Below, piece by piece: positions 52,001-62,699 of a DNA stretch of 64,000 nucleotides (its first letter is position 1; the number at the start of each line of letters is the position of its first letter). Under the pieces are notes generated by a model that made no database searches, had not been told where the DNA came from, and saw nothing but the letters and a program-made list of their open reading frames with translations. The translations under genes and the position numbers were made by a program. The DNA is from Anthoceros angustus (Eukaryota; Plantae; Anthocerotophyta): NCBI GenBank assembly GCA_010909165.1, contig MU008170.1, forward strand, positions 62,001-126,000, written 5' to 3'.

Positions 52001-52813
52001 GCATACGATGACGAGTAGGAAGTGCCTTACATGGAGGCAGAAAAGCATAAGCCAGCGCATACCAAACCTCCTCCGCACAGCACAATCTTGTAGGGGCATA
52101 ACCTCATGGTGATGCGTCACATTAAGGTGATAGGTGGGGACTATATCTTCTTGGGCGCCATGGCAGGAAGCCGATGGCTATTGGTGACGTGGGAAGGACA
52201 AACCGCATGCCGGTATGCTACAAAGTAGGGGTATAAAGGTCTATTTACACAAATAGTAAATACAAAGTATCGTATCATGAATATGTAGACCGATGTACGT
52301 ATGTAATACATGATATACAAACTTATTTTATATGAAATTGAATACGCCTTATAGCACTTAGAATAATATAGTACATTTATCAGTAGACTACATGCGTATA
52401 GTATAAGGATGTATTGATACGGTATTTTATATATGGTCGATTGAAGGTTATCGTGGTAACTACCAAGTAAAACGTGGTATTTCAAGGGCAAAAGTAAAAG
52501 GAAAATGGTGGATGGGGAGGAGGTTCGGTACCAAGCCTCCAAAAGTGTGACAAGACCTCTCTTGTAACACTTTAGATGTTGCAATCATGTTGCAATTTTG
52601 AGAGATGGCAAAACCACCTCTCACTTCATCTTAACATAATTGCAACACCATTGCAACATGATTGCAACAACGGCCGTGGTATGGTTTCCAAGCCAAAGTG
52701 TAACAAGGGGCCCAAAAAGTGTTACATGACCCCAAAATTGCAACATGAGTGTTACATCCAGGGGTCCAAATCTTAACATAAAGTGTAACATAGGGTGCCC
52801 TTTTCTAGTAGGG

Positions 52814-53010
52814 ATATGGGACGGCAGCAAGCGCAGGGAGCGTAGGGAACGTGACATCTTCGGCACAAGTGGTAGGTAGGTTCAAAATGGGCAATCACAG
52901 GGGCTAGTCCCCCTTGGCCCCGTGCTCCCTTAAGGGTTGTTCTCCTTCGTATCGGGGTAGATGGGATTTCCCATCTCTGTTTCCTACATAAAGTCTCCTT
53001 TTCCCTTAAA
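52814..53010 (+). mobile_element. Right part (3' end) of the RLE-LINE remnant split by the CACTA element
   Basis: ggggctagtccccc...gatgggatttcccatctct...ataaagtctccttttccc matches the LINE 3' ends at ~1950-2070 and the reverse complement of 298-420. Confidence 0.7.
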
Positions 53011-53434
53011 ATTTTTCATGCTCCATTTTCCCGTAAGCTTGTCATGCCATCGCTTCCCTTTAAGGTGCATCCCTCTAAGTCCCAATTTAAAGCAATCACA
53101 TATTTCAAAAAAGTTTATTGCATGTGATTTAACTATGTTTCCCAAGCTACCTGGGTAAGATGCACAATTTCACAAATCAATCACTCTAATACTTAATTTT
53201 GAATCCAAGAGTTGTAGGACGAATGATTAACATAAGCAAAGCGGAGTTGTTTTCACAAATCGATCACTCAAATACTTAATCCATAATTCAAGAGTTATAA
53301 GAAGAACGATTAATATAAGCATAGCGAATAGGAACAAAGCTTTTGTCCGAAACACAGGCTATCTTACAACTAAATTGTTAAGTTTAGCTACAAATTTAAA
53401 GTTTTATTAGTTGCAAAGATAATAGTTTTTTGTA

Positions 53435-54300
53435 AATATCAGGTATTTTATATTCTCCTTAATTTTGGAGAGCCCCCAAGGGTCTTACTACACTAAATAT
53501 ATATTGGTTGTAGTATTTTATTTGTGAATAAAGGTATTTTACATTCTACTTAATTTTGAAGGGCGGCCTAGGGTTTTACTACAATGGAGATATACCAATT
53601 GTAGGCACTTTTTCTGCGAATATCAAGTATTTTATATTCTACTTAATTTTGAAGGGCCGCCCAGAGCCCTATGACAATGCATATATACCAGCTAGGGGTC
53701 CGATTCCCTATCTATTTATGGTGATGGAATCGGACCAGCTAGATCTCGCGTGAAGGCTGTTGTGCAGATCTGAGCGTACAAGTTTCATATTTTGTAACAT
53801 TTTGATGTGAGATTTTAAGCATGGACTAAGGAATTGAATCATGTTTCTTGTAATGTAAATTTGTGTCATGCATGCTTTAGATTCAAAAGATAAGTCAAGA
53901 AAACATAGTACAAAATATAGCTTCTAGAGCACATTAGACTTCTTAGTAGTGCGAAGAGAAGAGAGACATCCAGATAACAAGTGTAATAATACTTTCATGC
54001 ATACAAAGTAGAGCGTAAAGTAAGTTTGGTTTCCTTGTTATCAATGTTATATGGAATGACCAACCATTAAGAGTAGATGATGACGAGTAGCTTTGCTAGA
54101 TATGACGGACAGGAAATGCACAAGGGAATCATCAGAGAATGCGCTAAGAATATGATCACTCGCAAATACAACTTAGAGGGCCAAGTAAGTTCGGTTCCTC
54201 GTGGATGTTGTGTTGTTGTGAACCGGCATTAAGAGTGGATGATGACAAGCAGCCTTGCTCATATGATAGCGAGAAAATGTACAAGGGAAGGCATCAAGAA
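53435..54300. repeat. Old imperfect local duplications (~90-95-bp unit x3 at 53435-53670; ~165-bp unit x2 at 54018-54300)
   Basis: gtatttta.attct.cttaattttg recurs three times; aagtaagtt.ggtt...cattaagagt.gatgatgac...caagggaa recurs twice. Confidence 0.6.
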
Positions 54301-54336
54301 TATACCCATATATCACTTATGGGATTGACCTTCCCT

Positions 54337-54389
54337 ATGTATGTATATATGTATGTATGTATGTATATATGTATATATATATATGTATG

Positions 54390-54423
<34 letters not shown>

Positions 54424-54437
54424 TGTATGTATATATG

Positions 54438-54471
<34 letters not shown>

Positions 54472-54491
54472 TGTATGTATATGTATGTATG

Positions 54492-54523
<32 letters not shown>

Positions 54524-54567
54524 TGTATGTATGTATGTATGTATGTATGTATGTATGTATGTATATA
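54337..54567. repeat. (ATGT)n microsatellite with AT interruptions, ~230 bp
   Basis: Direct inspection. Confidence 0.97.
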
Positions 54568-55145
54568 CATAATATAAGATATTGAAGTGAAGTTTTGCTA
54601 TATCAAAGATATTCACAAGACTCTTTCCGGCATGACACCCACCATGATGCAAGTTGCTAGGTACTAAGTTTCACTACACAAATGCTGTTCTTATGGACTT
54701 AGATAGAAATTCTTCTTCTCCACGTAATGCATATAGCATGCAATTTCAAATTCTTTAAGTAAAATAGGTCGGCCACTTATATTCCACTCCACCTTTGAAC
54801 CAATTATCTTCAACCGTTCAAATTGGCTGGTAGCTAAGAGGACGACATTCATATGATAAACTGATCAAGCCTTATACAAAACATATCATGCACAGAAACA
54901 GACAGAGGGATACTTCTATCCTATTTCACTGCATCATTTCGACAGCGAGTGTCCATGCAGCCAGTGTCCATTGCCCTCTGAAAGGTACTTGCATTGGTAA
55001 TCTAAGGAAGGGGACATTGCCTTTTGAAGGGCACTTGCCATGGTAATTCTAAGGATGGGGACATTGCCTTCTGAAAATTTTGATCCTCTAAGGACCGTCT
55101 CGGGACAATAGTGGAGATGCATCCTTTACAGCCTAAGTAGTATGC

Positions 55146-55350
55146 AGGCCATTCAATCTCCCTAGTCATGACATCAAGGCGCTATTGGTGACTTTACACA
55201 TGGAGCTTAGTTGTTCGTTTTAAATGTGCCCGTTGCTCTTCATGTGGTATGTAGGCCATTCAATCTCCCTGGTCATGACATCATATGCGTCATTGGCGAT
55301 TTTACACAGAGAGCTCAGTTGCTCATTTTTAATGTCACAATTGCTCTTCA
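55146..55350. repeat. ~107-bp imperfect tandem duplication
   Basis: aggccattcaatctccct.gtcatgacatca at 55146 and 55253. Confidence 0.7.
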
Positions 55351-56144
55351 TGGTCTCCCTCCAATGTCTTATGATAGATGTCTCTCTTCTCTACATTAAA
55401 TGTGTATTGCTTATATTCCCTACTATATTTTAGTGTGTAGAGAGCCCCAAGGGGCCTTAAGATAGCACAAGCACATACATAAACCTCATATGAGGTCCTA
55501 TCCTAGCTTATTACATAAGTAGATTCATAGCTCTTTTCCCCAAGACCATATTGGGATAAGCAGCCATTCCAGAAAACCCAGGAGGAGCCAAGATGAGTTG
55601 GGATGGGCACGGATGGTTTGGCTTGAGAGTTTAAAAGAAGTCATGATCATGTGCTCTCTTGGAAAGGAGAATTGCATTTTCAAAGTTAAAGATTTAGGCT
55701 TGTAATAAAAGTACAGCATATTAATGAAGTATAGGTATATGAAACTGGTAATATATATGTATCTGATTTATTAGGTATTTATCATATTTATCTATTTATT
55801 CTATAATATTTTCTAAAAGCTTAGACATGTAAAATTTATGTAAATAAATAAGGGAATTGAGGAGCAGGTGGTATAGTTACATACCTACGAAGTTGCACAA
55901 GAGGACGGATTTATTTTTTTTTAGGTTGATTAATCTGGTAAGCTAGTGTGGACTGGAAGGCGTGGACTGTGGAGCGTCCTGAGAGGAGCTGAGAGTGGAG
56001 CGCCCGAAGGCCGAGGAAGGGTGGAAGAGAAGGCAAGCCAGAATTGAAAGCGCGGGATGTGAGCGGCTGCAGGATCTAGAGCACTATGTGCAAGTCGTAC
56101 AGTCGGATGCATCTGAAACGATGTAGCAACGTTGTGAATTTGTC

Positions 56145-57450
56145 ATGGCCCGAACAAAACCGCCAAGGCCGAGAGCAGTTCACAATCCAGATCCTGCAGC
56201 AGTCAGGCGTAGGGATATGATCTTGGCCGAGAAGGTGAAACTGAGTGGCGATTTGCAAGCGCTGCCGCTATCCGAGCTGCAAAGAGTGGCGGATTTCCTC
56301 AAGGCTCGGTTTCCTGCTCTTTGCAAAAAATTCCCAGATGGTCATGAGGAGGTCCACGTAAACCTCGGAACATTTGACAATGAAACTCTGTGGGAGCTGC
56401 AACGATTTGCTGCCAATGCCAAGGAGAAGAGACATGCCTTGGAGGTGCAAGCGCGTGGTGGTAAATCCCACCGGAAAGGCCAGGTTAGCGCCGATTTCGT
56501 TCTTTCCCGCCTCGGTCTGTATGATTTGGATTTTGCTACCTCTTTTTTTTTCGTCCAGCTTGGCAATTTCTTGGATATGTGAGGTGTCCCTTCACCGCGA
56601 GGTATTCCCCGTCCCGTCCAACCTCGAGTGCAGTCATCTGCCTGAGCTTTAGCGAGCGCCACGAGTTAGCGTCTCAGGATCTTGATCATGAATCTCAACT
56701 CAGTGCTCTCCTGGCGACTGAGAACACCTTGTTTTATCCCGCTGCATTGCACGCTTTCTGACAGTAGGCAATGGCCTTCGCCGGAAGGTGCTAATTGCTG
56801 TATGGCAGCAAGTTTGATTTCATGTAAGTTCAATTTTGACACTAGCTCTTTCCGTTTCGACTGTGTAGAAGAAGGGCAAGAAGAGGGAACTGGAGAAGGT
56901 CAAGGTTCAAGAGAAGACAAGTGCTCGAGCAGTGCCTCTGGATGAAAGCCGGGAACGAGTTCAGCAGCTGCAGGGTAAGAAGCAGCATGATGCGCAGATT
57001 CCAGCTCAGGAGCAGGTTATGGAGGAGCATGATGCGCAGATTCAAGCTGAGGATCAGGAAATGGAGATGCATGATGCGCAGATTCGAGCTGAGGATCAGG
57101 AAATGGCGAAGCATGATGCGCAAATTCAAGCTAACGATCAGATCAAAAACAGTGCGAGCGAAATTGGCTCTGCAAATCTTTGGCAGGCTCCGGCTGGTGT
57201 TAGGCCCAGAGGCCCAAGAGTAGAGGCTCAGCAAAGGCCATTAACCGCTGACGAGGAGGACGAGCTGGTTAAGGCCGTGGAAGCGCTACCTAGTCACATG
57301 CTCGGGAAAGTTGCCGAAATTGTCAGCAGGTGTAATCCTCAATTGTTTCCAGAGGAAGATGAGCTTGAGGTTGACCTTCACTTATGCAACATGCAGACAC
57401 TTGTGGAGCTATCTGATTTGGTGGCAGACTATAATTTAAGCAAACAGTAG
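56145..57450 (+). CDS. Two-exon protein (~306 aa) with two extra-terminal (ET/NET) domains and no bromodomain; exons 56145-56483 and 56869-57450
   Basis: ET1 'MILAEKVKLSGDLQALP..LQRVADFLKAR...EEVHVNLGTFDNETLWELQRF'; ET2 'LTADEEDELVKAVEALPSHMLGKVAEIV...DELEVDLHLCNMQTLVEL'; phase-0 GT-AG intron 56484-56868; basic NLS-like KKGKKR; 14-aa repeat x4. Confidence 0.8.
56983..57145 (+). repeat. 42-bp coding tandem repeat x4 (xHDAQIxAEDQEM)
   Basis: catgatgcgcagattc.agct.agga.cagg recurs with 42-nt period. Confidence 0.9.
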
Positions 57451-58296
57451 GAGAATGACAACTTGACCACTTGCATCCTGTCCTGAGAAGCATCGTTCTG
57501 GAGTGAGCTTGCTGATCGAAGGTGCTGTCACACAATTATCCTCCACTACTGTCTCCTCCTGAAGAAAGGACATCCTTATCCAGTACCTATGGTGTCGTGT
57601 TATTGGAGATGTTCACGTTTGTAACTACTGACGCCTGATGCTCCTCTCATCTCCCTCCCTCTGAGCCCAGCTCAAAGCCTCTTGCTCCTTCACCAGAGCC
57701 TGATACTCGGCTTGATCCTCCAGGGCTTGCATGACAGCCTTATCTGCCTCCAGTTTCTCATCTGCCAAAGCAACTTGGCCAGTTGCCTCATCCCTGTTGG
57801 CAACAAAGATGATGGGATCAAAGGTGTATAGATGAGGTACTCCAGGCCGTCAGCAATGGAAATACGTTATCTCAGTGCCCTGGCCAAGCCGAGAATCACC
57901 ACGAGCCATCCTCAGATCCGTCAGTCCTGCTCTCTGTAACAGAAGCCTCTCCGAGCCGTGAGACAGAAGCCGCCGAAAGACAAGGTGCATGCCTTTCTTT
58001 CCTGTCGATCGCGTAAGACGCTGCGAGTGAGACCATAACAACCGTGTCCAGGGGCGTGAACCGCAGGAAATCCTGCCCCTCCGAGCTCGCAAAGGCTCGC
58101 CTCATCACGGACTCCAGCGGCCTGGCTGTTGCCGCTTCTTCTTGTTGTTGCCGCTAGAATCGCGTTTCTGTTTTCCACGGCCCCACACGGTCTGCAGTCG
58201 GCGTGACGGTTTGGGCCTATGCTGTAACCTGGCACCGACTTCGGTCCCCGATCGCAAGCTCGGCCACCCCGCTGCCGCTCCTACGGCATGCTCCAT
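57436..58296 (-). CDS. Probable plastid-targeted protein of unknown function; spliced, with one apparent 1-nt frameshift near 58122
   Basis: MEHAVGAAAGWPSLRS...KKKRQQP/[fs]RPLESVMRRAFASSEGQDFLRFTPLDTVV...EDGSW | intron | DEATGQVALADEKLEADKAVMQALEDQAEY...GDERSIR | short intron | YWIRMSFL. Both ends are uncertain. Confidence 0.5.
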
Positions 58297-58799
58297 TCCT
58301 CTGTCTCGGATTGCTAGCAATTGGTTGGAAGCTTCTCTCGTAACCTCGCCATCCACCACCGTCCGCTGTAGCTCCCGCCCTCTCGATGCTACGCGGGCTC
58401 GCTGTCCATCCTTCTGGTCCGCCATCTTCCTGCTTCTCCTGGCTGCAGCCTGCTGTTCGGGCATCAAGAGCGAAGTTCATCTTCACGGCCGATGCTGGAG
58501 CGTTCTTGCTCCTGTCTGACCTCATGCAATTGTACAAAGAAATGCTTCTGCACACTGCGCGATAGTGAGAGCCATTTCCCCGGCTTTGGCAGAAACCTTC
58601 ACACATTGAATTCTCATTCATTGCTTGCCATCAAAACCTTCTCCACATTTAATCTCAGAGTTCCACAGTATCAGATCCATGAAACATCATGCCCCTTCCT
58701 CCTGCATGGATGCAATTCTACATGGCGGATGCCCCGGCCGCGGAGGGAGATCCCGGTGCAATCTTCCCTAGCTGCAACATGTCAGGACGAGCGTCATCG

Positions 58800-58994
58800 T
58801 CATCGCTTCTCCTTGCTCCCGGTGCCAACAGCCACAGTCGCAGCTGCGGCAACAGCTGCTGCAGTCACTGCGGACTTGGCACCACCCGCTGCTTTCAGAG
58901 CTGTTCCGAACTTGGCCACCAAGGCAACCAGGGCTGCAGCCGCTGCCCTCGCCACTACCGTGGGCTTCAAATCAGATTGGTTCCCTTTGCCCAT
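58800..58994 (-). CDS. Small Ala-rich hydrophobic protein (64 aa; possibly longer if there is a frameshift at the C-terminus)
   Basis: MGKGNQSDLKPTVVARAAAAALVALVAKFGTALKAAGGAKSAVTAAAVAAAATVAVGTGSKEKR*; an alternate frame continues DDDDARPDMLQLGK...AM*. Confidence 0.45.
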   Translation of the reverse strand: MGKGNQSDLKPTVVARAAAAALVALVAKFGTALKAAGGAKSAVTAAAVAAAATVAVGTGSKEKR

Positions 58995-59476
58995 TGTCGC
59001 CCGCCTTGCGTGCGACCTTTGCTGCTCCACGCTAGGGCAGTTTAGATCTACACAAGGCATAACATGACGGACAAACACGGCTCAGCTACCTTCGGGCAGG
59101 CCGGCCAACTCGCGCGAAGTAAGCGAGTATGTAACCTTGGTGACGGATTCGTGAATTCACGAGGATCAAGTATCACCGGGAGTGATCGCGTGACGAGGCC
59201 ACCAGAAGCGCCTCCTCGAATCTGAAAGAACTCTCGGCCGGAGAGCCTGGATCGAATGATCCTCCTCAGGGTTAGCAACGTCTGCTCAGCAAACTTCAGG
59301 TGCCAAGTTTCATGGTTAAAGCTGGCATTGTGGAATTTATAAACGTGTAACTTGATACAGAGTCCAGGCACGAGGAGGGGTTGTTTGTTCTGCACGCTGC
59401 TCTCACCTCCGGTTGAAGGTTTGGAGCAATCGGTGTAGTTGGGCAGTTCTGAGGACGCTCTGCGCAGGAGGCACCT

Positions 59477-61816
59477 ATGTCCACCCCATCGACAAGTACG
59501 AGCAGCGGCGGCAGTGTAATTCATGATTATGGGGCCGACAGGGGCAAGTGTGGCTATTGCAACAGCTCCTCTCGGAGTAGCGTTACCCATGGTACATTAC
59601 ACACCGTTCAGTTCCTCTTTCCTTATGAATCTTCCGGTAGGAAGAAATGAGTAAAGGTCATTTTACTGGAACACGAGGCAGTCTGGCTTGTGCGTGAAGC
59701 AAGCTGAAAGTGAGGTCAGTCTTGTTTGAACTGACAGGTAACTGTCACTCTGGCAGGACTAATGGCCCGCAGTCTGACTGTCCAAGACTATCAAGGTATG
59801 CGTCTAGGGAGGATATTTGCTGGCTGAATGGTAATGGGATGAGGGCAATACGCTGGAGGTGAAAAATTGCGTCTGCTACTCTGCAGACCTTCTGGATCGA
59901 GGGTGGAGACGAAGTGGGGTGACCTTGTATAAGCCTAAATTGGCGGGCTCATGTTGTCCCCTTTACACCATCAGGTTGAAGGCAAGCTCGTTTGTTGCAT
60001 CGAAGGAGCAACTGAGGGTGTTGAGGCGAATGCAACGGTACTGTGGGGCTTGACATGTAGCTGCTGTGCTTTACCTTGGCTTTTCCAGTGTGAAGTAGTC
60101 TATGATAACAATAGCTGTCAGCCAGCTTTTGCTGATTGTGATTTCGACATAATAGGTTCCTAGAAGAGGACTACCGGGGACCTGAAACCAAAGCTGCACC
60201 AGGTCCCGATGAAACCAAAGATGCATGTGCAAAAGTCTCCTGTGAGGGATCTGGACAACCTGTTGTGCAAACTGATAGAATATCAGCTGCTGGACATCAC
60301 GAGCTGGAATTGCCCAATGAAACAAGCACTGTCACAGGAGATCTTTGTGTTGTGATCCAAAAGGCTCTCGAGTCAGTGGTGGAAAGTGCTGATGCTCCGA
60401 ATGTGGTAGTGCGGCCAGTTTCTGCATCTTTAAGAGGCAAATTGAAGAATGTGACTACAGATGTGGTATTTACAAGTAGTGTTGCATATGCTGTTTCTGC
60501 ACAGCTGAAGCGTAAGTGTGCAAGGGCAAAAAGTAGCGATCAGGAAAGATTTTCTAATCCTTCGCCTATAGAAGTTGCAGAGTTGTTAGTCTCACGGATT
60601 GAGAGTTCACCTTATCTACATGGGTTGCAAGCTCAGGCCAGCAAGGGGCACCTTAATTTTATTCGGGATCATTCTGGAGGCACAAATGAGTTTCTTCCAG
60701 TTTGCTTACCTTGCAAACGATCTCACAGTGCAGATGATCCTGGTTCTAGCGGAATGGCTCTGCACGCTGATCCAGACAAGCGGCAAAAGAAGCATAAGCT
60801 GGAAATGAGCATGTCAAGATCAGCTTTCGATTCAGAAGAGTTCAACCTGTACAGAAAGTATCAGACAATGGTGCATAATGAAAGACCACAGTCCATCACT
60901 GAGACCTCATACACAAGGTTCCTGGTTGCGACTCCCCTCATACCTGTTCCACCAGCTGAAGACGGCTCTACTCCTTCTTCTGGATTTGGGTCGTTTCATC
61001 AGCAATATCGAATGGATGGACAACTGGTGGCAGTTGGAGTGGTGGACGTTCTTCCCAACTGCCTTTCTAGCAAGTACCTCTTCTGGGATCCTGATTTTGC
61101 TTTTTTGTCTTTGGGAAAGTTCACAGCATTGCAAGAAATAAAATGGGTGCAACAGGAGCAGAAAGTGTGTACCTCTCTTGAATATTACTACATGGGGTAC
61201 TACATACATTCATGTCCAAAGATGCGATACAAGGCTGCTTATAGGCCATCAGAGTTGCTTTGTCCGGCAAACCTCAGGTTTGGTTTGTGGTCACATGTTG
61301 TTTATCGATGTTGTTTTACTCTGCATCAGCTGCTAAGATTGTCTTAAGCATGTTTGAAGTGTCTAACTCCTTCAATTACTTGCTGGCAGTTGGGTACCGT
61401 TCTCTATTGCTAAACCTTTGATTGAAGAACGCCCTGTCACTCGTTTATGTGGTAAAATTATCACTTCCAATGACGGGCTCAGCATTAATGCTGAGGATGT
61501 AATCGACATATTTGACTCTCCCTGTCTTGTCGAAGACACCATGAATGAGGTTCCTCTGATGTTGCGAGGACAAGTCGTATTGCTTGAGGTACGCTCTTGC
61601 CCATCTTATGAGGCCTATGTTGTTGTTGTACAAGGGTCCAAGTCACCATTGTGTGCACAGCTGAAGCTTTAGTGTCTCATCTTCTGTTACCTATCTGTGA
61701 AGGATTTGAAGGCTCTCAACGATGATGAAATTATTGCGGAATTATGTGAATCGCTCAGGCAGTACATCAAGCTTGTGGGGCCTGCCGTTGCTGCAAGGAT
61801 GATCTACTATCTGTAG
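59477..61816 (+). CDS. ATE1: Arginyl-tRNA--protein transferase (Arg/N-degron pathway), multi-exon
   Basis: SVIHDYG..RGKCGYC; SLTVQDYQDLLDRGWRRSG..LYKP...CCPLYTIRL; EEFNLYRKYQTMVH...YTRFLV; FGSFHQQYRMDGQLVAVGVVDVLPNCLSSKYLFWDPD; YYYMGYYIHSCPKMRYKAAYRPSELLCP; ends YIKLVGPAVAARMIYYL*. Confidence 0.95.
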
Positions 61817-62699
61817 GATGGCAGTAAGTCATTGTGTCCATCCGCCCATCACAGGATAAAGCTATCAAAATGATTTTGGGTTTCCATTGAACTCATCATG
61901 CACAACTTGGTCTGTGAAAAAGTTGATGGCATTTGACACAGGCTCTTCGCAGCCAACTGTACAGCTTTGTTGGTAAGGTAGCCAGGTACATAGCTTCACG
62001 GAACGGTAGGAGGATTGAATTCACTTTGTTTCAGTTGGTACCGTGCGAAGACTGCAGCTGCCCGACAAGTTCACAGCACTCCAGGTCGTGTGTGGATACA
62101 AGCTCAATGGGGTATGAGCCTTAAGTTTGGATTGTCTGTGAAATCCATCGCCACTAACGGGGACAGGTTTCTAAGAGTGATACCCTGGTTGTTGTTGAGC
62201 AGTGACTGAGCTGTTGCAGGGCAAGCCTCGGCCTTTGTGATCCCCGTAAAATATTCACAAGGAGGAGTCAGCCGTTATAGGAAATCACTAGGAATTGCCT
62301 CAGACAATCTGGGGTTCTTGTGACTCACGACGGTTGCTTAACTTTCAACAACGCCTTTTTCCTTTGTACGACATACTCTAATACACATCACAACATAGTC
62401 TAGTCTAATACATAGTGAACCTCTGCGGCACCGACGCCTTAAGTCAATGAAACACGTTCACATGGACGTTGCTTTCTCTGGGACTCAAAGCCGCTTTCCT
62501 TGATTTGTATGCACATTGTGTGAGGCACTTTCCTCACAGTGCATGATGGCGTGAGTGACAAGGTGCAGAATATTCCAGCTCATTTTCAATTTATATACGT
62601 ATATGCTGAACCGACAAGACACAACGAACGAGGGCTCCGAGTCATTTGTTTCAGCCAACCTCCAGCTCCGCGATCCCCAGTGTGCCTCCTCGGAGCCCA

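Larger units (their letters stand above)
38658..52813 (+). mobile_element. Decayed CACTA/En-Spm DNA transposon, ~14.2 kb
   Basis: Terminal inverted match ctagaaaaggcacccta (38662) / tagggtgcccttttctagtaggg (52791-52813; reverse complement CCCTACTAGAAAA); clustered subterminal tgttgcaa/tgttaca motifs at both ends; candidate 3-bp TSD ATA; internal TnpD remnants and tandem repeats. Confidence 0.8.

Noticed and set aside
54205-54652. ORFs with YVCM/YIHT repeats
   Set aside because: Translations of the (ATGT)n microsatellite.
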